A stretch of 64,000 bases of DNA from Flavobacteriales bacterium. Lineage in GTDB: Bacteria; Bacteroidota; Bacteroidia; Flavobacteriales_F; PHOS-HE28. Both the position numbers and the translations under genes were made by a program. Below are positions 17,465 to 26,249 of the stretch, in pieces. Positions within the stretch are counted from its first letter, which is position 1. Every line of letters begins with the position of its first letter. The stretch covers positions 79,456 to 143,455 of the forward strand of contig JACJZI010000009.1 in the NCBI GenBank assembly GCA_020635655.1, read 5' to 3'. Under the pieces are notes generated by a model. The model was not told the origin of the DNA. It worked only from the letters and a program-made list of their open reading frames with translations, and did not search any database.

Positions 17465-18720
17465 TGCAGGTGGATCAGTTCGTTCAGGACCTGGTCGCGG
17501 TCGCTCTCCGCCTGCACCAGGTCGGTCAGCAACGCCGTTCGTGCGTTCAGTACATTGAACAGGTCGTTCATCTTCAGCACGCCCTGTTCCAGTTCGGTGC
17601 GGTAGATGTTCACGAGCGCATCGTACCGCTCCAGCTGTGCGCGCAGGTCGTCGAGCAGGGAGTCCGCGTCGGACAGGGCCGCGCGCAGCCGGGCATGGCG
17701 TGCCTCCAACTGCAACGCGTAGTGGTCCGCCTGCACCTGGCGCGTGGCCTCCTGGATCGCGACCTTGTCATGGGCGAGCTTGCGCTGGCCGCCGTCGTAG
17801 ATGGGCAGGGAGAGTCCCGCGCCCAGGCTGCCTCCGAAATGCTGCGGGATGTCCGGCGCGGTCACGGCGTTCAGACCGAGATCGCCCATCACATCGACCT
17901 GTGGCCGGTAGGCCGCATCGATGGCCCGGTCCGCGATGCCGTTCCGGACCCGTTCCGCCTCGAACCGCCGCATCGCGGGCGAACGCGTCGCATCGAAGTT
18001 GACCGTGTCCTGCAGCGCGGGCGGGTCCAGTTCCACCGTCGCCGTGTCCATGATCCCGCATTGGATCCGCAACTGCGCCAGATCGGCCCGATAGCGCGTT
18101 CGGGCCCGTTTCACGGCGATGTGTCTTGCTTCCAGGCCGCTCCGGAGCACGAGCAGGTCGGTCTGCGGATAAATGCCACGGTCCACGAGCGCGGCGAGCA
18201 CCCGCTCCTCCGACCGCCACAGGTCCAGCTCCTGTTGCGCGAGGGTCGCCACGCGTTGGTCCGCATGGGCCTGCAGGAAGAGCGCGGTCACCGTCCGCTG
18301 GACCTCGATCCGTGTCGCGGCGATGTCCGTGCGCAGGACCCCGCGGTCCGCCACCACCGCATCGGTCCGCGCGCGGCGTTCGAAGCTCCGGAACAGGGGG
18401 ACCGATGCACCGACGACCGCGGAGTAAAGGCCGCCGTTCGTGATCGCCTGATCATAGCCCCAGCCGCTGCCCGATGGGGCGTAGAGCACCTGTCCCGTAG
18501 CGTTCACCTGGGGACCGAAGCGTGCCCGTGCGAGGGCGCTGTCCTTCTGCAGGATGCTCGCCTGACCGGTCAGGTCGCGCAAACCGGCATCATAGGCTTC
18601 GGCGGCTTCCAGGAAATCCACCAAGGTGGTCCGTTGTGCGGCCGCCGGATGGGTGAGCAACAGGGCCGCGAGCAGCGGAACGAGGACGATACTTCTCCTA
18701 TTCCCGGTCGATCCGCTCAC
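17461..18720 (-). CDS. TolC-family outer membrane efflux protein
   Basis: 419 aa with a signal peptide and duplicated coiled-coil/beta OEP repeats. Confidence 0.85.
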   Translation of the reverse strand: MSGSTGNRRSIVLVPLLAALLLTHPAAAQRTTLVDFLEAAEAYDAGLRDLTGQASILQKDSALARARFGPQVNATGQVLYAPSGSGWGYDQAITNGGLYSAVVGASVPLFRSFERRARTDAVVADRGVLRTDIAATRIEVQRTVTALFLQAHADQRVATLAQQELDLWRSEERVLAALVDRGIYPQTDLLVLRSGLEARHIAVKRARTRYRADLAQLRIQCGIMDTATVELDPPALQDTVNFDATRSPAMRRFEAERVRNGIADRAIDAAYRPQVDVMGDLGLNAVTAPDIPQHFGGSLGAGLSLPIYDGGQRKLAHDKVAIQEATRQVQADHYALQLEARHARLRAALSDADSLLDDLRAQLERYDALVNIYRTELEQGVLKMNDLFNVLNARTALLTDLVQAESDRDQVLNELIHLQ

Positions 18721-18741
18721 GGCCCCGAAGTTCGATCGATC

Positions 18742-19230
18742 CTAGTTGTCGTCGTCGTTCTCCTCGCCTTCATCCTCCTCCTCCACCGTCGACTTCAACA
18801 CGTTGCCCTGGGCATCGAACACCACTTCCATCGTGGTCTCCCCCTTCTCCAGTTCCACCTCGTAGCGCGGGCCATCCGGTGTCTCCACGGACTCGGCTTC
18901 CTCCATTTTGTAGCCGCCGTAGTTCTTGCCGATGGACTCGCGCACCGTGCCGGGCAGGTCCTGCACCTTCATGCGGCGTTCGGTCTCCGTCCAGGTGCCA
19001 TCGGTGCGGAAATTGGCCGAGACCTTCTCCCCGTTCAGCTGGAAGTTGGCTTCGTATTCCTCCTTCCCTTCCATCTCCCACTTCACCTTTTCCGCCTGCG
19101 CGAACCGCGCCTTGAATTGTTCCATCACCACATCGGGAATGTGGATCGTGCCATTGTTCTGGCTGCAGGCAACGCTCCCGAACAGGAGCATCGCACCGGA
19201 TAAGGTCAACAAGGTCTTCATGATGAGCAT
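18742..19230 (-). CDS. PepSY-like (DUF2874-type) periplasmic protein with acidic tail
   Basis: I trimmed the 286-aa track ORF to the ATG at 19230 (MLIMKTLLTLSGAMLLFGSVAC signal). Repeated short beta-hairpin modules and a C-terminal EEEDEGEENDDDN tail. Confidence 0.7.
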   Translation of the reverse strand: MLIMKTLLTLSGAMLLFGSVACSQNNGTIHIPDVVMEQFKARFAQAEKVKWEMEGKEEYEANFQLNGEKVSANFRTDGTWTETERRMKVQDLPGTVRESIGKNYGGYKMEEAESVETPDGPRYEVELEKGETTMEVVFDAQGNVLKSTVEEEDEGEENDDDN

Positions 19231-19260
19231 GTGTTTGGGGTCCGGTCGCAAGCTGGCACC

Positions 19261-19282
19261 CGATCCTGAACGGATCCTGGAT
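19261..19282. promoter_or_regulatory. Tandem 11-bp direct repeat cGATCCTGAAC GGATCCTGGAT upstream of the PepSY-like gene
   Basis: The same two 11-mers occur in swapped order at 21236-21257, upstream of the response regulator operon. An 11-bp period fits OmpR/PhoB-type sites. Confidence 0.4.
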
Positions 19283-19286
19283 GCGG

Positions 19287-20540
19287 TCAGGCCTCGGACA
19301 CCCGCAAGGTGTGCAGCCCGTCGGCGTGGTCGTAGCGGATGCGCCAGCCAGCCCCTTCCACGATCTCGCGGGCGATGGAAAGGCCCAGGCCCACGCTGCG
19401 GCCGCTCGGATCGGCCTGCGCGAAACGTTCGAACAACGTTCCGGGATCGACCGTGAGCGGCGCTCCGGAATTGGCGATGCGGAATCCTTCGCGCGTGATG
19501 GTGATCGTGATCCGCCCGCCGGGCCTGTTGTGTTGCACCGCGTTGCGCACCAGGTTGCCCACGAGCACCTCGGCCAGCATCGGATGCAGCCGCAACGTAC
19601 AAGGTCCGGTCGCGTCGATCGTCGCGGTGATCCGCTGGTCCGCGATCGGCCCTTCCAACAGTTCCAGTTGTTCGCGGAACAACGCCGGCCAGTCCACCAT
19701 GGCGGGCGGGAATTCCTGGTTGCCGATGCGGGCGAGCAGCAGCATGTTGGATACCGTGCGGCCCAGTCGTTCGCGTGCATCCAGCAGGCCCGCGAGCATG
19801 GTGGAACGCTCCTCATCGAGCCCGGGCATCTGGAGCAGCTCGTCCAATTTCCCCTGCATCACCGCCAGCGGCGTGCGCAGCTCGTGCGCGGCCTTTTCAG
19901 TGAAGCGTTTCTGCGCGGTCATGTCCGCCTGGATGCGGGCCATCATCCGCTCCAGCGCGGCGGCCAACGTGTCGAACTCGTCCGTGCCGGAGCGGGGCAG
20001 GTCGGGGATGGTGGAGACGTCCGCACGGAAGGTTCCCGTGGCGTCCACGATGCGGTGGAAGGGGCGCCAGAGCCGGTCGGCCGCCCAGCGGAAGAGCAGG
20101 AGATTGCCCACCAACAGCAACACCAGCAGGACACCCATCGTCCCGGCGATGGCCATCACCAGGTCCTCGGTCTCCACGAGACTGCGTCCCACCAACAGTA
20201 CTTGTGGTCCCCGCATCCCATCGGGCATGGGGAACCGTGCAATGCGCCAGGGCACCAGCTCGCCCTCCTCGTCCGTGTCGGCGATCAGCGTGTCGGCGAA
20301 GACCGGCTGTGCGCTGCGCCCGCTCCGCAGCAGGAGCAGTTGGTCCGGCGCCGTGGTCGGAGGCAGCGACTGTCCGTTCATGATGGCCGCGCGCACGCGC
20401 TCCGCATGATGCACGAGGAATTCGTCCACCTGGTCCTTCACGATGGCATTCACCAGCAGGTAGCCGAGCAACGTGCCCACCACGGCCACGGGAAGCGCCA
20501 GGGCCAGTTGGTAGCGGGCGGTGCGTTGCAGCAGCTTCAT
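19287..20540 (-). CDS. Sensor histidine kinase (2 TM, HAMP, HisKA, HATPase_c)
   Basis: I set the start at the ATG at 20540, which overlaps the regulator stop (ATGA). H-box HELRTPLAVMQG and G-box GLGLSIAREIVE. Confidence 0.9.
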   Translation of the reverse strand: MKLLQRTARYQLALALPVAVVGTLLGYLLVNAIVKDQVDEFLVHHAERVRAAIMNGQSLPPTTAPDQLLLLRSGRSAQPVFADTLIADTDEEGELVPWRIARFPMPDGMRGPQVLLVGRSLVETEDLVMAIAGTMGVLLVLLLVGNLLLFRWAADRLWRPFHRIVDATGTFRADVSTIPDLPRSGTDEFDTLAAALERMMARIQADMTAQKRFTEKAAHELRTPLAVMQGKLDELLQMPGLDEERSTMLAGLLDARERLGRTVSNMLLLARIGNQEFPPAMVDWPALFREQLELLEGPIADQRITATIDATGPCTLRLHPMLAEVLVGNLVRNAVQHNRPGGRITITITREGFRIANSGAPLTVDPGTLFERFAQADPSGRSVGLGLSIAREIVEGAGWRIRYDHADGLHTLRVSEA

Positions 20541-21217
20541 GGCTGCGACACGAACTTGTAGCCGATGCCGTAAACCGTGCGGATGTGGTCGCGGCAACCC
20601 TTGTCGGCCAGTTTCTTGCGCAGGTTCTTCAGGTGCGAATACAGCATGTCGTTCTGGTCGAAGCGTTCACCCAGGTCGCCCCAGACATGCTCCACGATGG
20701 CGCTGCGCGACAGCACCCGGTCCGTGTTGGCCACCAGGAACAGCAGCAGGTCCATCTGCATGGCGGTCAGCTCCACCGGCGCACCGTTCACCTCCACGCG
20801 CCGCTCCTCCGGCAGCACGCGCAACTCGTCCAGCTCGATCGCCCGGCGCCCGCGGAACCGTTTGCGCCGGAGCAGCGCCCGCAGGCGCGCCACCAGCTCC
20901 GGCAGGTGGAAGGGTTTGGCCAGGTAGTCATCGGCACCGAGGTCCAGGCCGTGCACCTTGTCGTCCAGCGATCCCTTCGCGGAGATGATCAGCACACCGG
21001 TCGACGGATCACGCTCGCGCAGGGCGCGCACGATCTCCAGACCCGATCCGCCGGGAAGTGTGATGTCCACGAGCACGGCATCATAGTCGTGCGCAGCGAC
21101 CTTCTCCCGAGCGGAAGGCAGGTCCGTGGCCGTCTCCACGAGGAAGCCCACGTCGGTCAGGTAGTTGTGCAACGACCGGCGCAGCTCCGGCTCGTCCTCG
21201 ATCACGAGCAGTTTCAC
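20537..21217 (-). CDS. OmpR/PhoB-family response regulator
   Basis: Receiver domain (VIEDEPEL...DAVLVDITLPG) plus a winged-helix C-terminus (TVYGIGYKF). Confidence 0.92.
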   Translation of the reverse strand: MKLLVIEDEPELRRSLHNYLTDVGFLVETATDLPSAREKVAAHDYDAVLVDITLPGGSGLEIVRALRERDPSTGVLIISAKGSLDDKVHGLDLGADDYLAKPFHLPELVARLRALLRRKRFRGRRAIELDELRVLPEERRVEVNGAPVELTAMQMDLLLFLVANTDRVLSRSAIVEHVWGDLGERFDQNDMLYSHLKNLRKKLADKGCRDHIRTVYGIGYKFVSQP

Positions 21218-21235
21218 CCCTGCAAGCTAGGTGGC

Positions 21236-21257
21236 GGATCCTGGATGGATCCTGAAC
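21236..21257. promoter_or_regulatory. Tandem 11-bp direct repeat GGATCCTGGAT GGATCCTGAAC upstream of the RR-HK operon
   Basis: Lies 19-40 nt upstream of the regulator start codon. A weaker third unit ggatccttcct is at 21303-21313. Matches the units at 19261-19282. Confidence 0.4.
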
Positions 21258-21327
21258 GATGGCATCGCGACACGAACGCCGGATGCCGGACCGAGCTCGG
21301 TTGGATCCTTCCTGATGAAGCGCTCGC

Positions 21328-22050
21328 TCACTCCACCACCACCTGCCGCACGTACCGCTGCCCACCCTGCTCCAACACCAGGTTGTACACCCCGGAAGCC
21401 ACATCCTGAAGCGGGATCGTCAACCGGCCCTCGCCTTTGCGCCGCTGCATCTGAACGCCGCGCATGTCGATGAGATCCGCCGACCAATCGCCCGGTGGAA
21501 GGTCGATCAGCACGAGCCGGTTCGTGGGATCCGCGTGGATCACGGGTGCCTGGACCGCTCGATCGCGGATGCCGGTGGTCTGGGTGGTGTCGCACCCCTG
21601 CGCCGGCGCCTGCCCATAGTCGAACACCACCGAGGTGCAGGGGAATTGCTGGAACCATCCGTTGGGATCCACGATGTCGGCCGTGGGTGCGTACCACACC
21701 GCATCGAAAGGCCCGCTGCCCCAACCGGTGGTATCGAGATTCACGATCAGGTGGGCACCGTCCTTCAGGCCGATCTCGGTGCTGATGAGGTAGTTCGACC
21801 CCATGGGATCGATGATCACGGTACCGCCCGGTTCCACCCAGACCGAGTTCTCGGCACCCGTGAGGTAGAGGGTGTCGCCCCCGCATACCCAGAAGCAGGT
21901 ATAGCCCGCATCCTGTGTGGTGGTGCTCGAGACCACGATGGTTGAGGGACTGATCGTCGTGGCGCATCCGCTCAGGACGAAACTGCCGCATTGTTGACCA
22001 TGGGCTGATAGCGCGAGCGGCACGAGCAGGGAGGCGGTGAGCGTTCTCAT
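21328..22050 (-). CDS. Small secreted protein with T9SS C-terminal sorting domain
   Basis: I trimmed to the ATG at 22050 (MRTLTASLLVPLALSAHGQ signal). T9SS-type tail ...GVYNLVLEQGGQRYVRQVVVE. Confidence 0.8.
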   Translation of the reverse strand: MRTLTASLLVPLALSAHGQQCGSFVLSGCATTISPSTIVVSSTTTQDAGYTCFWVCGGDTLYLTGAENSVWVEPGGTVIIDPMGSNYLISTEIGLKDGAHLIVNLDTTGWGSGPFDAVWYAPTADIVDPNGWFQQFPCTSVVFDYGQAPAQGCDTTQTTGIRDRAVQAPVIHADPTNRLVLIDLPPGDWSADLIDMRGVQMQRRKGEGRLTIPLQDVASGVYNLVLEQGGQRYVRQVVVE

Positions 22051-22097
22051 GGGAGCCTGTTGTGCGATCAAATTAGCGAACCATCCGCACACCGCAA

Positions 22098-22250
22098 CTA
22101 GCGCTTCCTGCTCGCCTTGGCCTCCGGGTTGAACGCCAGGCAGCGGTCGATCCAAAACTCGAGGTCGGATTCGGAATCGTAGCCCGAGGGTTCGATGCGG
22201 AGGTAACCGAACATGGGCTGGAATGGACGGTCACCAGGTCGAGGTGTAGC
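22098..22250 (-). pseudogene. 3' fragment of a tfoX-like gene (duplicate of the 3' end of 26250-26597)
   Basis: Encodes ...GYLRIEPSGYDSESDLEFWIDRCLAFNPEAKASRKR, versus GYLRIDPAGYDSEADLEFWIDRCLAFNPEAKASRTRVG in the intact gene. A 54-nt core (22107-22160 vs 26265-26318) matches 52/54. No N-terminal half is present. Confidence 0.85.
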
Positions 22251-22327
22251 CACCATTGCCGCAATAGGACATGGCCCATTGCCTTCTGATCGATACCATG
22301 GACAAGATCGCTCGTTAAGCGCTATTC

Positions 22328-23719
22328 CTATTCCTTGACCATGGCCAACGTGGTTCTCGAACCACCTATCGCCGTGCATAGATAGAGGCCCGGAGCCAAC
22401 ATGGATGCATTCCAACGGACCTGGGTGCGACCATTGACCGGTATTCGCTCCAATTCCCGACCAGAAACATCCTGGATCAGAAGCATATCGTAGTCATGTC
22501 CTTGTGCCATAGCTATCGTTACCTCGTTCGTGAACGGAACTGGTGTGAGCATCAGGTCGCTCGGGCGATCATGTTCCTCGATCGATACGCTTCCCGCTTG
22601 TTCCCAATACACATAGTCCCCGTCGTCATAGATGCCCAATAGTATGTCCAGGTCACCATCGCCATCCAGGTCGGCAACGCTCAGATATTCCGTTTGTCCG
22701 ATATTCGGATCCGTCAGCCCCGGCAATGCCGCGTGTGCCTGAAAGAACGGTGCTTGCGCCGTGCCCACGTTCTGGAAATAGGCCAGACTGTCGTAGCCGG
22801 CCAGCAGAAGGTCCTCGTCACCATCCGCATCCAGGTCAATGAAGGCGTGAGCATCCGTGGCGATATTCCCAAGGGATAACCCGAACGGATCCAGCACCGA
22901 TGGACCGAAGGACGGGTTCATGGCAGAACCGATATTCTCATAGTAGATCATGTCGGTATGGTAGGTATCATCGTTGTATTGTGAGATCACGAGATCGAGG
23001 TCCCCATCACCATCCAGATCGACCAAGGAAGGCTGGCCACCGAATTCATAGATCGTGATCGGCGCCAGGCCGAACGGATCTGTTTGTTCATTACCGAATG
23101 CCGGAGACATCGCACTGCCGATGTTCTCCACATAGATGAAATAGCTCATGTCGTACACCGTGGTATCTTCAGCCAGGATCAGCAGATCCTGATCACCGTC
23201 CCCATCGAGGTCCGCGAATACCGGGAGCAGAGATTGACGGCTAGTGTTCTGTCCGAAGCTTGTCGCATCCAATCCGAACGGATCGTTGACGATTGATCCG
23301 AACGAGGGGTTCTGCGCCGTGCCGATATTGGGTTGGAAGCGGATCGAACTGTCGTTGTAATCGGCAGTGAAGAGGTCCAGGTCCGAATCGCCATCGATGT
23401 CGACCAATTGACAGAATGGCGCATACAAGTCGTAGGAATAAGGGATCACCATACCGAAAGGGTGCATCACGGGTGGAAGAAAGCTCAGCGATTGCGCACG
23501 GGTCGATGTAGTGCTCGTGCACAATGTCACCGCAACGCAAGAACTAAGGAGCAATTGCCGCTTGGTCCATGCATCGAGCCCGGCCCACTGCCGGGCCAGC
23601 CGCGAACGAATTCGGAGGACCTGTTCCGGGCTTTCAGCTCGACCGACCATGCGATCGATCTTCCGGCACAGCCCTTTGATCTGACGGCGTATCCTGGCAT
23701 TGTATCGCTGCGTTCTCAT
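22328..23719 (-). CDS. FG-GAP/VCBS repeat protein with T9SS C-terminal sorting domain
   Basis: Repeated DLDGDGD.DL motifs and a T9SS tail. It has an unusually long basic N-terminal region before the hydrophobic signal segment. The start overlaps the upstream stop by 4 nt. Confidence 0.85.
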   Translation of the reverse strand: MRTQRYNARIRRQIKGLCRKIDRMVGRAESPEQVLRIRSRLARQWAGLDAWTKRQLLLSSCVAVTLCTSTTSTRAQSLSFLPPVMHPFGMVIPYSYDLYAPFCQLVDIDGDSDLDLFTADYNDSSIRFQPNIGTAQNPSFGSIVNDPFGLDATSFGQNTSRQSLLPVFADLDGDGDQDLLILAEDTTVYDMSYFIYVENIGSAMSPAFGNEQTDPFGLAPITIYEFGGQPSLVDLDGDGDLDLVISQYNDDTYHTDMIYYENIGSAMNPSFGPSVLDPFGLSLGNIATDAHAFIDLDADGDEDLLLAGYDSLAYFQNVGTAQAPFFQAHAALPGLTDPNIGQTEYLSVADLDGDGDLDILLGIYDDGDYVYWEQAGSVSIEEHDRPSDLMLTPVPFTNEVTIAMAQGHDYDMLLIQDVSGRELERIPVNGRTQVRWNASMLAPGLYLCTAIGGSRTTLAMVKE

Positions 23720-24876
23720 GGTCTCCGGTTTGAGGTGGGTCGGGGCGCCCAGAAGGTCTGTTCGGGCGTGGATAGTCCGTTCAAATGGTCCCTGCTCAAC
23801 GTGTTCAAGATGTTCGGCCTTAGCAGATCCGGAAGTACGTGCACGTCATAGATCTCCTCTACGGAAGCTTGATAATGGATCCGTCCCAATTCACGGCCCG
23901 AACGTAGATCGATGATGGCCAGACCGGCATGTGCGTTCGCGATATTGGACCCGAGCGTTCCAAAGGAACTGGAGTCCTTTCGAATGGAAGAAAGACCAAC
24001 GAACAAGTGGTCCTTGTGCAAGGACAATCCGCGCACGAAACCATTCAGCCGGATGATCGGTCGTATCGCACCTGTGCGCCGGTCCACTTCCACCACTTCG
24101 CCAGTGGCGGACAGGAGCAGGTAGAGCCGGTCCTCATGAATCCGGGGTGAATGGGGCATGGCCAATCTAGATGCCAGGATCTCGTTCGTGGATACGTCCA
24201 TCAGTACACCCGAGCCGGGTATCGTGCTTCGCCAGCTTTTAGGCATATCACCCGTGCCGAACGCCGTCACGTACTTCGGCAGGCCCTTGTCCATGGCCAG
24301 TCCGTTCAGGTGGCATCGATCGCCTGAGGCGATGCTTGAGATGTACGGCGGTCTCCAATAAGGGTTGAAGTTGTGGTCCGTGCCGATAGTGGCCAGGCAA
24401 CTGAACGCCGTGATCACCCCGTGAAGGACCCCGCTCTGATCGAACGCAAGATCGTGCAGATCGACCGGTCCGGTATGAAAGGTGACCCTCGGCATGAAGA
24501 GCGTATCGTAGGTATCCGGCTTGTTCGGATAGTGCGATGCAAGGCTCTTCGACCCTGCAAAGCGGATCACCTCCTCCTCACATGCCAGTGCCATACGCCC
24601 TGTGGAATAGGCCAAACCCATGGCCTTCTTGAACGTACGCGTCAGTTGGACCAGTCCGCCACCGGCTGCCGGTGAAATGAAAATCACTTTGCCGGCCTGG
24701 TAAGTGGTCAGCGCTACTGAGCAACCCAGCGCAGCGAGTGTCTCAGGTACCGCTCTGTCGTAAGAACAGGCAAAGGGTTTCGTCGTTCCTGCCATACCGG
24801 GCACTATCAAATCTATGTCCGGATGACCTAAGTTCAAATGCCACATTGGCGCCCCTGTTCCAGGTCGGCCGATCAC
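23716..24876 (-). CDS. TIGR03032-family conserved hypothetical protein (beta-propeller-like)
   Basis: The N-terminal FACSYDRAVPETLAALGCSVALTTYQAGKVIFI matches the STYQAGK-type signature I recall for TIGR03032/DUF4915. The family has no known function. Confidence 0.7.
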   Translation of the reverse strand: MIGRPGTGAPMWHLNLGHPDIDLIVPGMAGTTKPFACSYDRAVPETLAALGCSVALTTYQAGKVIFISPAAGGGLVQLTRTFKKAMGLAYSTGRMALACEEEVIRFAGSKSLASHYPNKPDTYDTLFMPRVTFHTGPVDLHDLAFDQSGVLHGVITAFSCLATIGTDHNFNPYWRPPYISSIASGDRCHLNGLAMDKGLPKYVTAFGTGDMPKSWRSTIPGSGVLMDVSTNEILASRLAMPHSPRIHEDRLYLLLSATGEVVEVDRRTGAIRPIIRLNGFVRGLSLHKDHLFVGLSSIRKDSSSFGTLGSNIANAHAGLAIIDLRSGRELGRIHYQASVEEIYDVHVLPDLLRPNILNTLSRDHLNGLSTPEQTFWAPRPTSNRRP

Positions 24877-24986
24877 AAGGCTAGATCCCGTGCAAGATCT
24901 CCGCTCCGAGGTCGATCGTCCGACAATGGTCTATCCGGCATTCGCGGTGGACAATACCCTTACTTTCACAGAACAACCCGTCCGGT

Positions 24987-26243
24987 TTGTCAGGAACTAG
25001 TGGTCCCACCTCTGCCCAAGGCAGCAGGATGTCCAAGCTGTCCAGCTATTTCTCGGCGATACCGGACCACATAGACATCCGGAATTACCGCTTCTATCTC
25101 GTTGGACACGTTGCCTACCACTTCGCCCTGACCGTTCACACGATGTGGGCGGTCCTGTTCACGATCGTGGGAGTTCTCCCCCTGGCGGTATTCAACTTGT
25201 TCAGCATCTCATTGTTCGTTCTGTGCATCTATCTGAACCGCCGGGGCAAGCATATGACCCCCACCGTTCTGGGCATGACGGAGGTGGTCGCGCATCAGGT
25301 GTTCGCGTGCCACCTTCTGGGCACGGGGTCCGGCTACCAGCTCTATATCCTGGTTGTTTCGCTGTATCCCTTCATCATGCCTTCCTGGAAGGCCTGGATC
25401 AAAGTGGGCCTCTTTCTGTTCACCCTTGCTGGGTTCCTTTACATCCAAATGGCGATCAGCGCGGGAACGCCCTTGGTCACATTGGACCCCGTGCTGCTCC
25501 GATGGTTGATGATCACGAACATCATCTTCAGCTTCGTATGCCTGGGTATCTGGGGCACCTACTTCAACTTGGCCGTGGATCGGACGGAAGCGGAACTGGA
25601 CGGTGCTTACAGCAAGGTGGAGAACCTGTTGCTGAACGTCCTACCGGCCCCGATCGCGGAACGGTTGAAGGAAAAAGAACGGGTGATCTCCGATCGTTTC
25701 TCGGATGCCTCCATCCTGTTCGCCGACCTGGTCGGGTTTACGCGTTTCTCGGAACGTATGCCACCCGATGAGCTGGTCGCTATCCTGAACACCTACTTCA
25801 CCGCGTTCGACGATCTGGCAGAAAAGCACGGACTTGAAAAGATCAAGACCATTGGGGATGCTTACATGGTGGCGGCCGGTGTGCCCCAGCCCGATCCAGG
25901 CCATGCGCATCGCATGTGCGCCTTCGCTCTGGAGATGCTCGCGGTCCTGCAACGATGTAATGTGGAATTGGGCCATGCGCTCGAACTTCGGATCGGTACG
26001 CACTGCGGTCCTGTGGCCGCCGGCGTCATCGGCACCCACAAGTTCGCCTACGATCTGTGGGGCGATACGGTGAACACCGCCTCCCGGATGGAGTCGCATG
26101 GCGTAGGTGGCAAAGTCCATGTGACCGAGGAGCTATACCAAGCCTGTCGCAATGCCTATTCCTTCGAAGAACGTGGTGTCATCGAAGTGAAAGGGAAAGG
26201 TCCAATGAGGACATACTTCCTTCGTGGCTCTGGGCCCGCTTGA
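24987..26243 (+). CDS. Membrane-anchored class III adenylate cyclase
   Basis: About 6 N-terminal TM helices, then a CYCc domain: ILFADLVGFT, KIKTIGDAYMVAAG, WGDTVNTASRMES. An alternative start is at 25029. Confidence 0.88.
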   Translation: MSGTSGPTSAQGSRMSKLSSYFSAIPDHIDIRNYRFYLVGHVAYHFALTVHTMWAVLFTIVGVLPLAVFNLFSISLFVLCIYLNRRGKHMTPTVLGMTEVVAHQVFACHLLGTGSGYQLYILVVSLYPFIMPSWKAWIKVGLFLFTLAGFLYIQMAISAGTPLVTLDPVLLRWLMITNIIFSFVCLGIWGTYFNLAVDRTEAELDGAYSKVENLLLNVLPAPIAERLKEKERVISDRFSDASILFADLVGFTRFSERMPPDELVAILNTYFTAFDDLAEKHGLEKIKTIGDAYMVAAGVPQPDPGHAHRMCAFALEMLAVLQRCNVELGHALELRIGTHCGPVAAGVIGTHKFAYDLWGDTVNTASRMESHGVGGKVHVTEELYQACRNAYSFEERGVIEVKGKGPMRTYFLRGSGPA

Positions 26244-26249
26244 TCATCC

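Noticed and set aside
18742-19602. Long N-terminal extensions of track ORFs (also 30338..32017, 36307..37389, 43799..45679, 21328..22155, 29252..29926)
   Set aside because: The extensions are Arg/Pro/His-rich, overlap the upstream gene, and precede an internal ATG or GTG that gives a proper signal peptide or family N-terminus, often at an ATGA overlap. I trimmed them.
22098-22415. 105-aa ORF as an intact gene
   Set aside because: Only its last ~45 residues are homologous to anything (the TfoX C-terminus). The rest has no TfoX N-terminal domain. I called it a pseudogene fragment.
24987-26243. Cyclase as a Pycsar- or CBASS-like defence cyclase
   Set aside because: It has a canonical class III adenylate-cyclase catalytic motif set with a polytopic membrane N-terminus. 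There is no adjacent cNMP-binding effector. An ordinary signalling cyclase is more parsimonious.
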